Shown here piece by piece: positions 47,108 to 60,000 of a DNA stretch of 60,000 bases (the stretch's first letter is position 1; every line of letters begins with the position of its first letter). A model generated the notes under the pieces. It was not told the DNA's origin. It worked only from the letters and a program-made list of their open reading frames with translations, and searched no databases. The translations under genes and the position numbers were made by a program. Source of the DNA: Vicugna vicugna (lineage: Eukaryota); the NCBI GenBank assembly GCA_013265495.1, contig MU061578.1, forward strand, positions 3,731,308 to 3,791,307, in the 5' to 3' direction.

Positions 47108-50100
47108 CAAATTGCATTTGCACGGAGAAAATTGAGTCTCAGGACATGCCAGGATTGCCCAGTGCCCTCCTCCCCGGCAACGTTCAGACAGCGACTCAGA
47201 GCCTGCGGTGAATCTGCAGGGCCCTGAGGCCCCAACCCTCCTCCAGACTCTGCTTGCCTGCCCCCAGGATGGGGTGCTTCCTTTCTCCTAGGGCAGCTCT
47301 GCAGGACAACCTCCACGTGCTCCTCCCCTTGAGGTCAGTTCCTCTCATGAACCCTCCCCAGACCTGGGCCTGAGCCTGCAGCCCAGAGCCCTGATCCTTT
47401 AGGGTAAATGGAGGCAGGAGGAGGGAGAGGGTGGTGAGGTCATGATACCCCTTCCTGAGAGCTTGCCCATGGGCCTGTACCGGCACCCTCAGGCCTCCTG
47501 CTCCTGGCTCTCTCAGGCCCCCAGGCAGCTACTCTCCCTTCGTACAGAGAGCACCCTAGACAGGCAGCCACCGGGAGGCCGCAGGCAGAATTCTCACACA
47601 GGCCACCTGCTCAGCATCAGCTCCAGGGCCCAGAAGTGGGAGCAGCAGCTCAGAGAGGATGGGGGTCCCAGAGGTTTGGGGGAAGCCCTCCTCAGGAAGG
47701 GGGCAAGGCCAGGGTCCCCAACTTGGGCCCTCTGTACCCCATGGCTGGACCTTCTGACCCCAGGATCCCCTTTTATGACTCAGAGTAAGATAGGTATCTG
47801 GGACCCTAGCAGCTGGGGGTATGTGTCAAGGCAGCTGGGGATCCCGGAGGGTGCTCTGCCTCGATAGAGCCCTGGGGTCAGGACCCAAACATGGGGAGGG
47901 CAGGGCTGAGGTCATCCTGGCTATAGCTGGGGCTCCTGGTGGTGGAGGCAGGGGCAGGAGCAGGAGCAGGGGCATATCTCCATTTTGGGTGTCCCTGTGA
48001 CAAGGATGATTAGGAGAGAGGGCCCACCTGGGGCCTGGAGGATGGTCTGGAGGCCACCCCAAGCTCCCAGCAGGTGTCCTGCAGCACCTGGCTCAGGCCA
48101 CCCTGGAGGTGACTGCAGAGTGTGATCCCGGCTCTGCAGAAGGATGCCCGGGACTCTGCGCAGCCCAGGAAAGGCATCCCACACCCTGTCCACTTACAGA
48201 GGGCTCAGGGCCTGAGGTTCCACCCCACATAGGGCTTACACACAGCTGGGTCACTCTGCAGCGGCTGTGACCCGTGCATGCCACATCACCGCATGACAGT
48301 CCCTGGGGTGAGAAAGGCCCCTCCTGCTGGGTCCAGCCCGACCCACCTCAGGCTCTAGGCCTCTCCTCACTTCGTCTTGCTCGGGAAGTTGCCAGATGGG
48401 GAGACAGGAGCCTGTCACTTATGCTCAGCCTCACAGCCTCCAGCACCCCAAGAGGCCCAGGTGGCCGTGACGGGCCCAAGGTCACTCAGACGCCAGGGGC
48501 AGAGCCTCAACCATCTGGCTTCCTCAGACCCCCCCACCCTTCACTGTGCCCTCCCCACTCTCCCACCTGAAATGACAGCTCAAGGTGCCTCTGGCCTCCA
48601 ATAGACTACTTGCCAGATACTGGCAGAAGGCACCTCCCCGCCTGTCTTTCCCGGGGCCAGCAGAACATTTTAATAACGGGAGGATTTGAAGAGGCTCAGA
48701 CAGCTCTGAGCCCAGCCATCGCTACAATCACAGAGGATGCTGGGGAAGCCAGGATGCAGAGATGGGCCCTTCCTCCAGGTCCAGCAGCCCAGAGTATGGA
48801 CAGGAGGCCAAGAGGCAGTTTGAGGAGAGGGGTCTCAAGAGGGCTCCCTGGAGGAAAAGTCCCCTGAGCCGAGGCTTGAAGGGTACCCAGTCCAGATGGG
48901 GGCGGGCACCTCCAAGGCTGCCAGGTGGGGGGGCATGAGGATAGTCTGATCCCCCAGTGCAATTGTGGAGCCCCTTCCCTGGGGAGGCATGAGGCCCTGC
49001 AGAGGCGCTGGTGCTGCAGGATTGGACGAGGAGATCGAGGATGTGAGTGTGGGCAGGCAGGCCAGATGGGAGCGAGGTTGCAGCCAGAGGCCTGACCCTT
49101 GGCCCAGACAGGCTCCAGACCGTGTCCCTCCACCAGGTAGCCGGGTGGGTGGGAGGGAGTCTGACTGGCTGAGGACTGGCCCATGGCAGTGGGGGGAAGG
49201 TGGGGACTGCGGACCACGGGCTGCCTTGTCCACACATCACCCAGGGAGGACATCCCCCTACCCCACCCAACCAAGGCCTGGCTTTGCTGTGGCATGGCCG
49301 GCAGATCTAGGCCACAATCCTGAGGCTGCACAGCCAGGAACCATCATGTGATCGTGCCTCAGTCACCCCATCTGTGAAACAGGGGTGTGGGCAGCCTCTC
49401 CCTTGTGGTGACGGACAGGGACGGTGTGTGTGCAGCTCCTGGCACAGCTGGCCCCTCTCTGAGTGGCCTGACCCATGGCTGCATTCCCACCCTGAGCCCC
49501 TAACACAGGTCCTTTCTGGGCAAGGTCTGTGGCCATCTTAGTGGGGAGGTGGCTGCAGGTGGGAGAGAAGGCCAGGAGGGCCCCGAAACAGGAGGGTGGG
49601 GCTCCCCGGTCCCGGACGTCCACCCAGGAGGGGCGGGCAAAGAGCTGATGAATGTCTGAGCAGCCGGGGGCTGAGTGCCAGACACTGTGCTCAACTCCAC
49701 TGCCCCTAGGGGCCCTCACCTTCTGGAACTAACTGCACACACATCCAAGTTAAATGGGTTTTAGAAGAGGCTTTAAAACTCTAGAATGGAACCAGATAGC
49801 ATGTAAACCCCAACTTTGGGAGGCAGATGGATGTCTGACTATTGACGGAGTAACAGGAATCACTGGGCACAAGATGGACTGGAATGGAGTTACTAAAGCA
49901 GCTTCACAAAGAAACCTCTGCCCAAGAAGATGGAATGGGACAGAACTGAAGGCGCAGGAGGAATGAGCCTGGAGGGACCCCCACCAGCAAAGTGGCTTGG
50001 GAGAGCCGCCCCTCGGGCCCTGACCCCTCTGTAAAACGCAGGAGCGAGACCCCACGAGAGGTAAGAATAGTGCCCGTAGTAAGCCCTGCAAAAGTGTTGC

Positions 50101-50111
50101 TATTGTCACTA

Positions 50112-50640
50112 CTTTTTTTTTTATTGTGTATAATACACATAACAGAAAATTCACCATTTTCAAGTGTACAACTTGGTAGCATTAGTACATTCACGAGGTG
50201 GCACAACTACCGCCTTCATCTAGTTCCAGAATGTTAAATGTTTCTGTCACCCCAAAAGGAAGCCCCGTCCCCATTAGCGCTCGCTCCCCACTCACCTCCC
50301 CCAGCCCCTGGCAACTGCCAATCTGCGTTCTGTCTCCTTGGATTTGCCTGTTTTGAACATTTCAAATAAATGAAATTGTATGATATTTGTCCTCTGGCAT
50401 CTGCCTCCTTTCAATGAACAAGCTGCTTTCAAGGTTCATCCAGGTCACATGTAGCCTGTGTCAGCGTCTCCTATTCGTGGCTGAGTAATATCCACTGTTG
50501 GATAGATGGCACTGTGTTTATCCATCATCAACTGATGGACAGTTGGGTTGTTTCCACCTTTTGGCTCTTGTGAATAACACGGCTGTGAACACAGGTTTCC
50601 AGGGTTTATTTGAATGCTGTTTTTAATCCTTTGGGTATTT
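50112..50640 (-). mobile_element. L1MB-like 3' fragment with poly(T) on the + strand
   Basis: ttttttattgtgtataatacacataacagaaaattcaccattttcaagtgtacaa, ccagcccctggcaactgccaatctgc, tttatccatcatcaactgatggacagttgggttgtttccacc. Confidence 0.8.
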
Positions 50641-50774
50641 TTTGTTGTTGTTGTTACCCAGGCACCACTTGAAAAGTCTCAAAGACCATGAATTTGAAAA
50701 CATGGCAAGTGCTTGAGGGGCTTTCAAACTCCACCCTCCTGGTGTCTTGAAAATAATAAAAATCTGGAGGACTG

Positions 50775-51100
50775 TCAGCCCCCACCTCACCCCCATCAAA
50801 TCAGAGGAAATGATAAAGTTTGAAGCCCAGCATGGGCAGGGCTGTGGAGAAACCCACACGTATTCACCCCGTGGGCTCGGCCAAGCGGGTCAGCTTTTGT
50901 GGAAGCAGTTTGGCCGATGACATTGAGAACTGGTCCTGCACCCAACCTGGCAACTCCAGTGCTTGAAGTCCAGCCATAGGAAAGGATTGCAAATAAGGGG
51001 GAATCTTTAAAAGAAAAAAAATTGCTTGTACCAAGCTGCCCAGCAGTGAAATTTACAACCTGAACAAAATGGAAAGAGGTGGTGTATCCACCAATCAGGC
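50775..51100 (+). mobile_element. Degenerate old L1 (L1ME-like) ORF2-end fragment
   Basis: ccacctcacccccatcaaat, gcagggctgtggagaaac, cttttgtggaagcagtttggc, ggcaactccagtgcttgaagt. Confidence 0.45.
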
Positions 51101-53559
51101 CAGGAGAGCCACGGGGAAGATTCAGTTCCAGGGACACAGATGATCAATGCCTGAGTCATGTCCGTGAAGCAGAGGGCACTAAGACGCCGGGAGATCTAAT
51201 CGCAGCATGGAGCTACAAGGCTGTGTTTCCTGCAGAGAGTGAGCTCCCCATCCGTGGAAGAGTTCAAGCAGCCATGTGTCAGGATGCGGTAGAGAAGTCT
51301 GGGACCAGAACAAGACAGGCTGTCCATGACGCCTGGGAGAGCTCAGGTTCCCCATTCCAAGGACACAGCCCAGAGCAGGCAAGGTGAGCTGGGTTTGACT
51401 ACAGGAGCTGAACAGAGGCTGGGCAGCTAGGAAAGACCCTGGTCATCCCGAGGAGGAGGCAGCACCAAGTGAGGACTTGCCTTGATCTCCATCAGAGACG
51501 AGTCCCTGGGGCCCTCCACCCATTTTCCAATGGGTCTGGCCTCCATCCACCAGCCCTGCGGAATAGCAGAGGGTTCGGGGATGGCCAAGCTGCTCATGGA
51601 GCAGTCACCGTCCCTGTCAGGTGTCTCTTCACCAATGTACTTGGGCAGCTTGTAGCTGGTCCTGTGCACGTGTGTGCCTTGCTCTCTGAGAAACCCAGAG
51701 CAGATGGTGGAAGACGGGGACCAGCTTGAGATGCAGCACCTCACTCCATTTAAGGAGGAATTTTGCTGCACTGGGCCCACTGGCTCCGTGGGGCCAGCGT
51801 GGGGTGAGGTGGACGTCTCTCCCAGGGGCTCTGGGGCAGCTGCTTGTCCCTAGTCATTGAGAGCTCTGCTCTGTCCACTCCACCATGTCCTCTGCAAGGA
51901 CATGTGGCCATCAGAGACCCAGGTTCTGACGAATGTCCCTTGAGTATGTTGGCCAGTGGAATTTTCAGGGAGCCTTGGGGGTCCAAAGCCATGTTCCCTA
52001 TTCTCGCCTGCTTCTGCCTGTGCCTGCTGACCCCCTAAGCCAGGACCCCGGGGGCCTTGCTCCAGCATCCGCTGGACACTCACCCTGAGTGATGCTGGGT
52101 CCCCATTTACAGATGAGGAGACTGAGGCCCAGAGAGGAGCAGTCAGTCCATCAAGGCCACATAGCAGGCATTATCGAGGACTGGAAGACTCTGGAGCCAT
52201 CTCCAGAGGAGAGGCTGGGGCATCTCTGGGGACTGCCCTGCTTCTAATTCCTCAACCTTCTGGGGATGGGGGTCAAGGGGCAGACCCTCCCTGGGCAGGC
52301 TGGGGTCCCAACCCTCCCTGAGGGCAGCAGACCGGCTACTGTCCATGCTTGGTGGCTGCACATCACTTCACTTCTGTCTCCAGAGGCAATATTAGAAGAA
52401 CATTAACAGCAGGAATTTCAAGGCAGATTTTAAATTATGTCTCTTTCCAGGAAGTTTCCCTCTCCAGGCATCTCGTGCTCACTGACCTCAGGGGCCAAAG
52501 GCTGGTTCCACTCCAGATGTCTGTCCCTCTGGGCACGCCCCCACCTGCTTTTGCTTCTCAGTGAGGGAGGGAACCTGCAGGTTCTGAGGTCAGGGGTCCA
52601 CCCATGGCCCCATGCACCTGATGGAGGACACCTGTCCCCCTTCACTGGGGCCCAGGACCCAGCCCGGTGCACAGGGAGCCTGGATCCTGGCTGGAGCCAG
52701 ACCCCAAGTGGTTCCATATTTTCTGTTCAGCAGCAGGCTGTAGCCCCACATCTGTCCACAGGGGAGGTCCCCAGCAACCCCTTGAAGCTAGGTGAAGCCA
52801 TGTGCCCCACTCTGGTCAATGACACAGAGCAGAAGACCCATGTTACTGGCAGGCCGAGTGTTCAAGAGGTGGTGCTGGTTCTCTGTCTGCCCTGTGCCTG
52901 CTAGGTGGCCGGTGATGCTCCATGTCCCTCAGTGAGGCTGACATGGGGCAGGCCCTGGACAGACCCCCAGGGATCTGAAACACCTTTGCTGCGGGAGGCT
53001 ACCAAGACAACCAGACCCCTGTTACTACACCAAAACCTGGCCCAGCGAAGACCTGGTTCATCCCAGGCTCCAGCATACCCACCCTCCCCACATCCACACC
53101 CATCCTGGAATACCCTCCACCTCACTTACTGTTAGCTCACCCCTCCTCCAGGAAGTCTGCCCTGATTGCCTTCTGCAATCTCTGAACTGACTCAAGGCCC
53201 TCCCCCCTCTGCCTTCTGTAGTTCAGAGCACAGGGGCACACAAACCTGGCCTTCACAAAACTTTGTATGAATAAAAGGAACTCAGACCCAGCTAAGGAAA
53301 TGCAAGAAACCAGCTTGAGGTGTGCACAAAAGAAAGGTGAGAGGCTCCAGAGACAAGGGGAGAAAAAAGAGGCTGGGTGAACTGCTCTCATGGTCAGGTG
53401 CCCAACACCGAGCATGCTCGTGGGTTTGAGTCATCACCTGCCCACTGGCTGAACACCACTGCCATTAAAAAGACAAACTCAACAATAACGAGCAAATGAG
53501 ACAAAAACTGACCTACCCACTAGGATTTCTGAGGCCCCTGGTGGACGTCAGCCAATAGG

Positions 53560-53810
53560 TTTCAAGGTAGACAAACCAAATGCCACCAGGGATCACATTA
53601 AAAGAGGTATATGTTCCCAAATGAGGGAGGTGATCATCCTACTTCACTCTACACTGGACCTAAGCATGCTTGGGAGATTGGAGGACACTGTTCCAGGGAT
53701 GGGGGTGTTGGCTAAGTGGGGCATGCCCAGGGCAGAGCAGCCAGCGAGGGCAGGGACTGACACCACACCCCTGTGGGGAGGGTCTTCGGAGGCACAAATT
53801 TGAGAAGAGA
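53560..53810 (+). mobile_element. Ancient CR1/L3 LINE fragment
   Basis: cacattaaaagaggtatatgttcccaaatgagggaggtgatcatcctacttcactctacactgg translates to REVIILLHSTL, resembling the CR1 ORF2 C-terminal REVILPLYSAL segment. Confidence 0.55.
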
Positions 53811-56547
53811 ATTCCAGCTAACTAAGCATCAGCAAACCCCCACCCCACAATTCAGCCCCTCAAGCTTTGCAGTGCATGGGCCCACCTTCTAACAGTGCCT
53901 TGGGGGTATTCCTTGGGGTCTGACCCCCGTGTGTATCATGCTCACCCTGGTGTCCTTCACTCCCATCACACTGGGGAGCCCACTGACCCAGCCATAGACT
54001 CTCTTCAGTCCTACTTGGTGGAGGCCCTGTTGGTGCTCCAAGGTGGGGCTCCTAAGCCAGGTCTGGCTGTCTTGGGCATCCTGGGCCTGCCTCCCGCCTC
54101 CCTGTCCAAGTATTTCTGCAAGAACAGCCAAATCCCTGATTTATCAGCTCAGCTTTATCTCCAAAACCTCCTACAATTTCCCAGAGAACAAAATTAAATA
54201 CAGGATTTAGGAGAGATTTTGCGTCTGCCCAAGCAGGGCCAGGAACAGGCTGACATGACGAGGCCGCTGATGCCCGGGGCTGAGGGTGGGCGGGCAGGCA
54301 GAGGGTGCCCAGCCTAGCCCCTATCTGGCCCTGGAGCTCAGCGGCCAGGAGCCATGTGCAGGGGTCAGAGGTCCTCTAACACCCAAATTCTCCATCTCTA
54401 CCGCCCCCCATCATTTCTGGAGACCCTTTCAGAACCCCATAGAGGCTCCGTCATCTGGGCCCCAATGCCCAACTGGGGTGGATACACATGTGTTCCTGCT
54501 GTGGGCAGTGCAGGGTTTCACCTACCTCCCACGCAGCGCCTTCACGGAAGAGAAAACAGGCTTGGTGAGATCAGGGCACTTCTGGGCCCTCAGGCCCCAG
54601 GCAGCAGTGGAGGGTTGGGAGGTGGCCTCAGACATAGCACCTGAGCTGCATGGGTCTCAGAGGCTCCCACCGGGACCTCCCACCTGCCCACCCACAGGGC
54701 TGCCCCAACTTGCAGCATCTCCAATAAAACCCTTGGACACTGGGGCTCAGGGAGCTCTCCTGGTTGGCACTGCCCGTGTGCCCTCACACGTCCGTGCAGG
54801 GAAGGCAAGGTGTGCTGGCTTTGAGGGGAGATGACAAGGGGTCTGTGGCCTGGACCCTGCCCCACGGTCCCTGACCCTCTTCCCCTTGTGCCCTCTCCCC
54901 ATAACTGTGCCCGTGAGCATCACGGCTCCTGGTGCGTCCCTCTGGAGAATCACCGAACCTCAGGGTGGTCTTGGTGACCCCTGGGCTTGCAGTTAGGGTC
55001 AGAAGGGAGGGCCTTGGGGATGGTCCCTAACTTCCCAGCCTCCTACAGGCTGAACAGGTGGAAGCCAGTGGGCTAGGCAAAGGGAGTCTGAGGGACGCAG
55101 GGCAGGGCAGGGAGGGAGGGAGTGGGGCTGGGGCTGGAGGCCTCACATCTCCCTGTGCTGTCCCCTCCTCCACCAGCCCAGCCTGACCACCCACCTCCTG
55201 TGCTGTCAGCCCAGGCACCTCACCCCCCAGGCTGGTGTTCACCACCAGGCAAGCTCTGCTGGCCTCAGAAGGGCCTCGGGAAATGACTGCACTGAGGGGA
55301 CCAGCAAGTTGAGGTCCACGTCTGCATCCTGGAGGCCCCGGTCTAAGGTGGCAGGTCTGGGTGCCACAGTGGGTGTGGTGGGGGTGCTGGGCATTGAGCC
55401 ATGAGCAGGTCCAGGGTCTGCCCAGCCCCCCATCTGCTGGGTGACTTTGCGGGCGTCTCTTGCTGCCTCTGAGCCTGTCCTCCCTGTCATGGAATAACGA
55501 GACATGAAGGCCTTCTCGTGGGGGTGAGGATGGACAGGGCAATGCGAGTGGGGCTGGCCCGAGGCGGGTGCTGGGCAGCTTGGGGCCTAGCTGAGGTCAT
55601 TCTTAGTGGGGCATTTTAGGGGATTGGTGAGGTCAGGCCCCATCTAGGGGATAGAGGGGCCATTTTGACACTGTTGGTGTTTGGGCCTGAACCCCAGCTC
55701 TGCCCTGTGTCCTGGGCCTCAGCATTGGCCGTCCTGGATGCTCTGACACTGGGACCCAGTTCTGCAGGTGTCAGCAGCTGCTCACAACACCCCACCCCCA
55801 CCATCTTAATTCCTGATTGGACCTTTGTTGCCTCTGCAGCCCCAGGTGGAAAGATGAGAGGGGTCCTGGGGCAGCCTAGGGCCACGTGGCAGTAACACAT
55901 CCTGGGCCAGCTCTAAGCTGCAGACCATGAGATCCCAGGGACTGGGCCTGGAAGGGGCCTTGGGGGGTCCCCTCTGTTTCACTGCATGGGGGGCTCCTGA
56001 GGCCACAGCAGGGATGCCTGCCTCCCTCTCTGACCTTGGTTGCCTCTCCTGGCCCCCCAGCCTCTCCTGGCCAGCACCTGGAGCAGCTACACTCCTCAGC
56101 CCTGGTTCTCCACACCCCCAGTAAGTTGTGGCCCCAGCGACCTTGGGCTGTCCCAGTGGGGTAGCGGGGAGGGCAGCCGCTTCTGATGTTAAGAAGCTCC
56201 AGCAACATCCTCTGCAAATGCTCCTGTAGGCAATCGAGCCGATTAGGGGTGTGCAGTCTCCAGATAAGAGCCTGGAGGGTCATTTGGAGGGCAGGCACAG
56301 AGGACCGGCAGAGACCGTATTCTCTCCACCCAGCTCCTGCCTCCCACCCACCCCTCCCTCTCGTCCAGCCTCTCTGAAGGCTCTGGTCGAGGGCACGGAG
56401 TTGCCCTGACATCAGGCCTCCTGGGTGAGCCCTCGTGCCGTCTGAGCCCTGGGTGACTTTTGGCAAACCCCTAACCTCTCTGTGCCTTGTCTGCAAACTG
56501 GAGATGTGGTCTGCTTCCCTGGGTGTGGGGTGTCCACGATGCGGTGT

Positions 56548-56650
56548 CCAGCATTTTTGGTTATCACAGCGGCAGGAGAAGAGGTTCTCTCGGCGTCTGG
56601 AGGGTAGAAGCCAGCGGTGCTGGCCTATTCCACACAGCACCTGGGGACCC
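56548..56650. mobile_element. MER20-like DNA transposon relic
   Basis: catttttggttatcacagc...ggcgtctggagggtagaagccagcggtgctg resembles the MER20 core. Confidence 0.5.
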
Positions 56651-59089
56651 CTCTGTGGCTGGGGAGGGAGACCCTGCCTTAGAAGGGGCATCAACTCTTC
56701 CTGCTGGAGAGCCTGAGAGAAGTTTCTGTTTCTCTCCAAGACAACACTTCACCAGCAGAAAAGAGGAGATGGTGCCCCTGCAACCCACCAGCATCCCTGG
56801 CCAAGGGCATCCCAAGTTCATCTGATGGGATGTCAGGCCCGTGGCGGCGCCAGGAGCCCAGGGCCCCCTGCGAGGACGCAAATAGCCCTGAGTGCAGCCC
56901 CTCTGGGGGCTCCGCCCAGCACTTAGCCCAAAGAGGTCCTGAAAATAGACAGAGGACGGCGGCTGGACGGCACACCGTGCCCCCAAGGCCCTCACGGGAG
57001 TGGTGGACACAGCGTGGAGCCACTTAGCTGAGAGCCAGGGCCCCTCAGAGTCTCTGAGAGGGAGCCAGCAGCCGGTTAAGTGCTTGGAGGAGAAGGGCAA
57101 GGCCATCAGCCAGGCCAGGCCTTGAGGGGCAGGTGCAGCCCTTTCCGCCCGCCCACCGGTTCCATTCCTCAAGTCCTCTGATCTCTGTGGCTGCGGGAAG
57201 CAGTCTCAGGTGTAAATGTATCTCCTGGGTGTTGCTGTCCCTCCCTAGGCCAGCAGGCAGGCCCAGGAGAGCTGGGACACTTGGGTCAATGGCCTGGGCT
57301 GGCCAAGTAGGGCTCTAGAGGTCGATGCAGCCAAAGTGCCCCAACAGGGGCAGGGACCCCAAGAAGCAGGGGTTCGGTCACTGCCCTCTGAGCTGCAGGG
57401 GATCCCAGAACTGGGGGGACTGTCCTGGAAGCTGTCCTAGAAGGCCACGGCACAGGGACCTTGAGGTCAAAGGGAGGCCCCCCTCCCAGGTCCTAAGTCT
57501 GCTAGAGGCCAAAGGGAGGCCCTAAGATGGGCCAGGCCAAGGCCAGAACCCTCTGTGTGTGGTCTCTGCACAGGCACAAGTCTGTTGAGCCCAGGCATCT
57601 CTGGGAGCTGACAGTCCTGAGGCTGGGAAGGAAGGCAGGCAGTAGAATCCCAGTGGGACTCCCCCAGCACTCGGTGACCCTCGCCCACCAATGGCAGTAA
57701 GTCACACCAGTTTTCTAAGACCTTACTAGCACCCAGTGTGTACCAGGAACTCCAGGGAGTTAACAACGAAATTAGACGGGCCCTAAACCTACCAGCCCAT
57801 CAGAGACCAAATTTCTGTCTCCCCGTGTACCTTGTTGCCTGGTTCTGTTGACCACAGAGCCACTAACGTCCACCCTCCTGGGCCTCCAAGAAGGGCAGGG
57901 AGGTTCCTGGGAAGTGGGGTCTTCTTTGTGGCTAGGGGTTAGATGCAGATGCGGCCTGCCGGGAAGACAGGGGAGACCTCCCCACCAACCAGGCAGGCCC
58001 ACCGAGGGAGGGGCACGCTGGACCACGGGGGGCGTGGGGAAGCAGCTTCTGTTGGCTCTCCCAGCCCCCGATCAGTGCTGCTCCCCCTCACCACCCCGGG
58101 CAGCTCTAAATAGCCATCAGCCAAGCATTGACCGCAGCCCCACTGCCGACACAAAGGCCAGTAAGGAAGCCCTGCCGCCTCCAGTGGGATCAGACCCCCT
58201 CCTGCCGAGCTAATGCACTTGCATTATTATAAATCTTGCTTTCCTGAGAAGAGAGGGAGGGGTGCTCTGGGGACTCTGCCTCTGTGAGGGAGCTGGCGCC
58301 TCATCTGCACAAACACAATTTGCTCAAGATTTGCAGAAAGTCCCTTCCTGGTGGGTTCTATGTGCCCCTCACCACAACAACCCCTGTCAGTCCGCCCCCA
58401 CCCCCGCCCCAGTCTGCTGCTCAAGCTGACCTTGTGGGTACTCAGAGCCCAGGTCATTCTGCCCCCAGGCCTCCCCCAGGCTACTCTTCCTCTCATCCCT
58501 CTCCATCCTCAGGACCGGCCCTGAGACCCCTCCTCCAGGAAGCTCTCCAGGTGCTCAGCTCCTCCAGCGAGCACCCTCCAGCTAGGCCCCCGCGGCTGCC
58601 CACACCTCTGCCTCCCACAACAAGTGGCCCCGTGAGTACACAGGTTGACCAAACAGAGGGAGCCCACCATGCCAAGCCAGTGTCCCTCCTCCAGGTGACG
58701 TAACTGCTACCAGAGGGGCCACTGCTGTCTGGATGGTCAGTGCCAGCCCGAGCTCCACCCTGGAGTGAACTGGAAGAGCCACCAGCCCAGCCCAGCCCAG
58801 CCCAGCTGGCCAAGCCCCATCCACCCCACAGCCAGCTGACGGGCAGGCCCATCATCACAGACAGAGTGAGACCCCAGCCAGAGGCAGTGAGCCTCACCTA
58901 CTGCCCCAAGAGCTGGCCCTGAGGTCCTGGAGGAGCCTGAGGGGCTGTCTTATGTATAGGAGGCTTCTTTTGTATGTTACAAACCAAGAAAAGCAGCAAA
59001 AGATTTAAAGATGCGTGTATTCCCATTTTACACAAGACATTAACTGTCTGTATTGGAGAGTAACATGATAAAACTTATTTAAGCTTCCA

Positions 59090-59275
59090 AGGGCTATTGT
59101 AACAAAGGACGAAATACTGGAGGCTCAACGCAGAAGTTCATCACTCCCAGTCTGGGAGCCAAAAGTTCTAAGTCAAGGTGTCTGAGGGCCATGCTCCATC
59201 CAGGGTCTCCAGGGGAGGATACTTTCCGCCTCTCCCAGCTTCTGGGGGCTCTCGGTATCCCTTGACTTATGGCTA
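59090..59275 (-). mobile_element. MLT1-like LTR fragment
   Basis: agggctattgtaacaaagg, cagaagttcatcactcccagtctgggagcc, tcaaggtgtctgagggccatgctcc, ctctcccagcttctgggg. Confidence 0.65.
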
Positions 59276-60000
59276 ATATGAGTTCTGAGAATGAGCTCAG
59301 ACTCTGTGACTGCTGGCCAGCTAGGGTCTGGGGCCAGCAAGGCATGTTAGGGGGACAGGGAGATGGGGTATGGGGAGGAGGGCCTGCAGAATTTGATTCC
59401 TGCATGATGGGAGGTTGGCACAGGTGGGCAGTGCAGCTGGGGACCTGATCCTATTTGTTCCATTAACAGATCTGGGGAGGAGAGGCCCCTGTCCCCACCT
59501 ACTCCTGGCCCTGGCCAGAGAGGGACACAGATGGCCATGGTTTACTCTGGGAACGTGGTCTGTTTCTATGACGACAGGGCCTCCAGGACTTAGTGGAGAA
59601 CTGTTCACCAGGTCTTGGGAGTAGGGGTGAAGGGTGGGGACCAAGCAAGTCCCCCCTCTCTGAGCAAAGGGCAGAGGCTTCTCACTGGGCACACCCCACT
59701 TGCTGGCATCTCGGGTGCCCCCATAAGGTGGGGATTGGGACCAGCCAGAGCAAAGCTTCCTGGGCTGCCAGTGGGCTCGAGCTCCCAAGTAGAGGGTCTG
59801 TCCCTCCTTGATCGTCTAGGGAGACAAGTGCCCCCACTGGGGGATCAGATGCACAATATCCCTGCCACCATGTCCAAAGTGGCACCCTCACACAGTCAGG
59901 AGCACAGCATCCTGCCCTGAACCTTGGCTGTGGCAAAATAAAACAATGATAAACTGTTATTTTTAAAGTCTTTGATGGTGTGTGAGGACCTAATGGGTTT

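Overview
GC-rich mammalian genomic DNA. Two tRNA-derived SINEs resemble the camelid vic-1 family, so the source is probably alpaca/camel (inference). The window holds three intact protein-coding genes: SSTR5 (+, one coding exon 24985-26085, 366 aa, with a likely non-coding exon 1 in a CpG island at about 19.5-20.5 kb), C1QTNF8/CTRP8 (-, two coding exons, 251 aa) and TEKT4 (-, six coding exons, 447 aa, all splice phases consistent). The rest is intergenic or intronic, with MaLR/MLT1 LTRs, a complete ERV1/MER41-like solo LTR with a 4-bp target-site duplication, L1, CR1/L3, MER5A, MER20 and SINE relics. Apart from those overlapping these exons, the supplied ORF track is essentially GC-rich noise. 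I found no convincing undescribed gene system. The most unexplained structure is a 58-bp direct repeat (51/58 identical) bracketing TEKT4 exon 1 and its promoter; its intronic copy places AATAAA plus GTAAGT about 200 nt after a weak exon-1 donor. Also notable are two RFX X-box-like palindromes upstream of TEKT4 and an oriented set of strong CTCF motifs. Repeat family names and motif calls come from visual recognition, not database searches.
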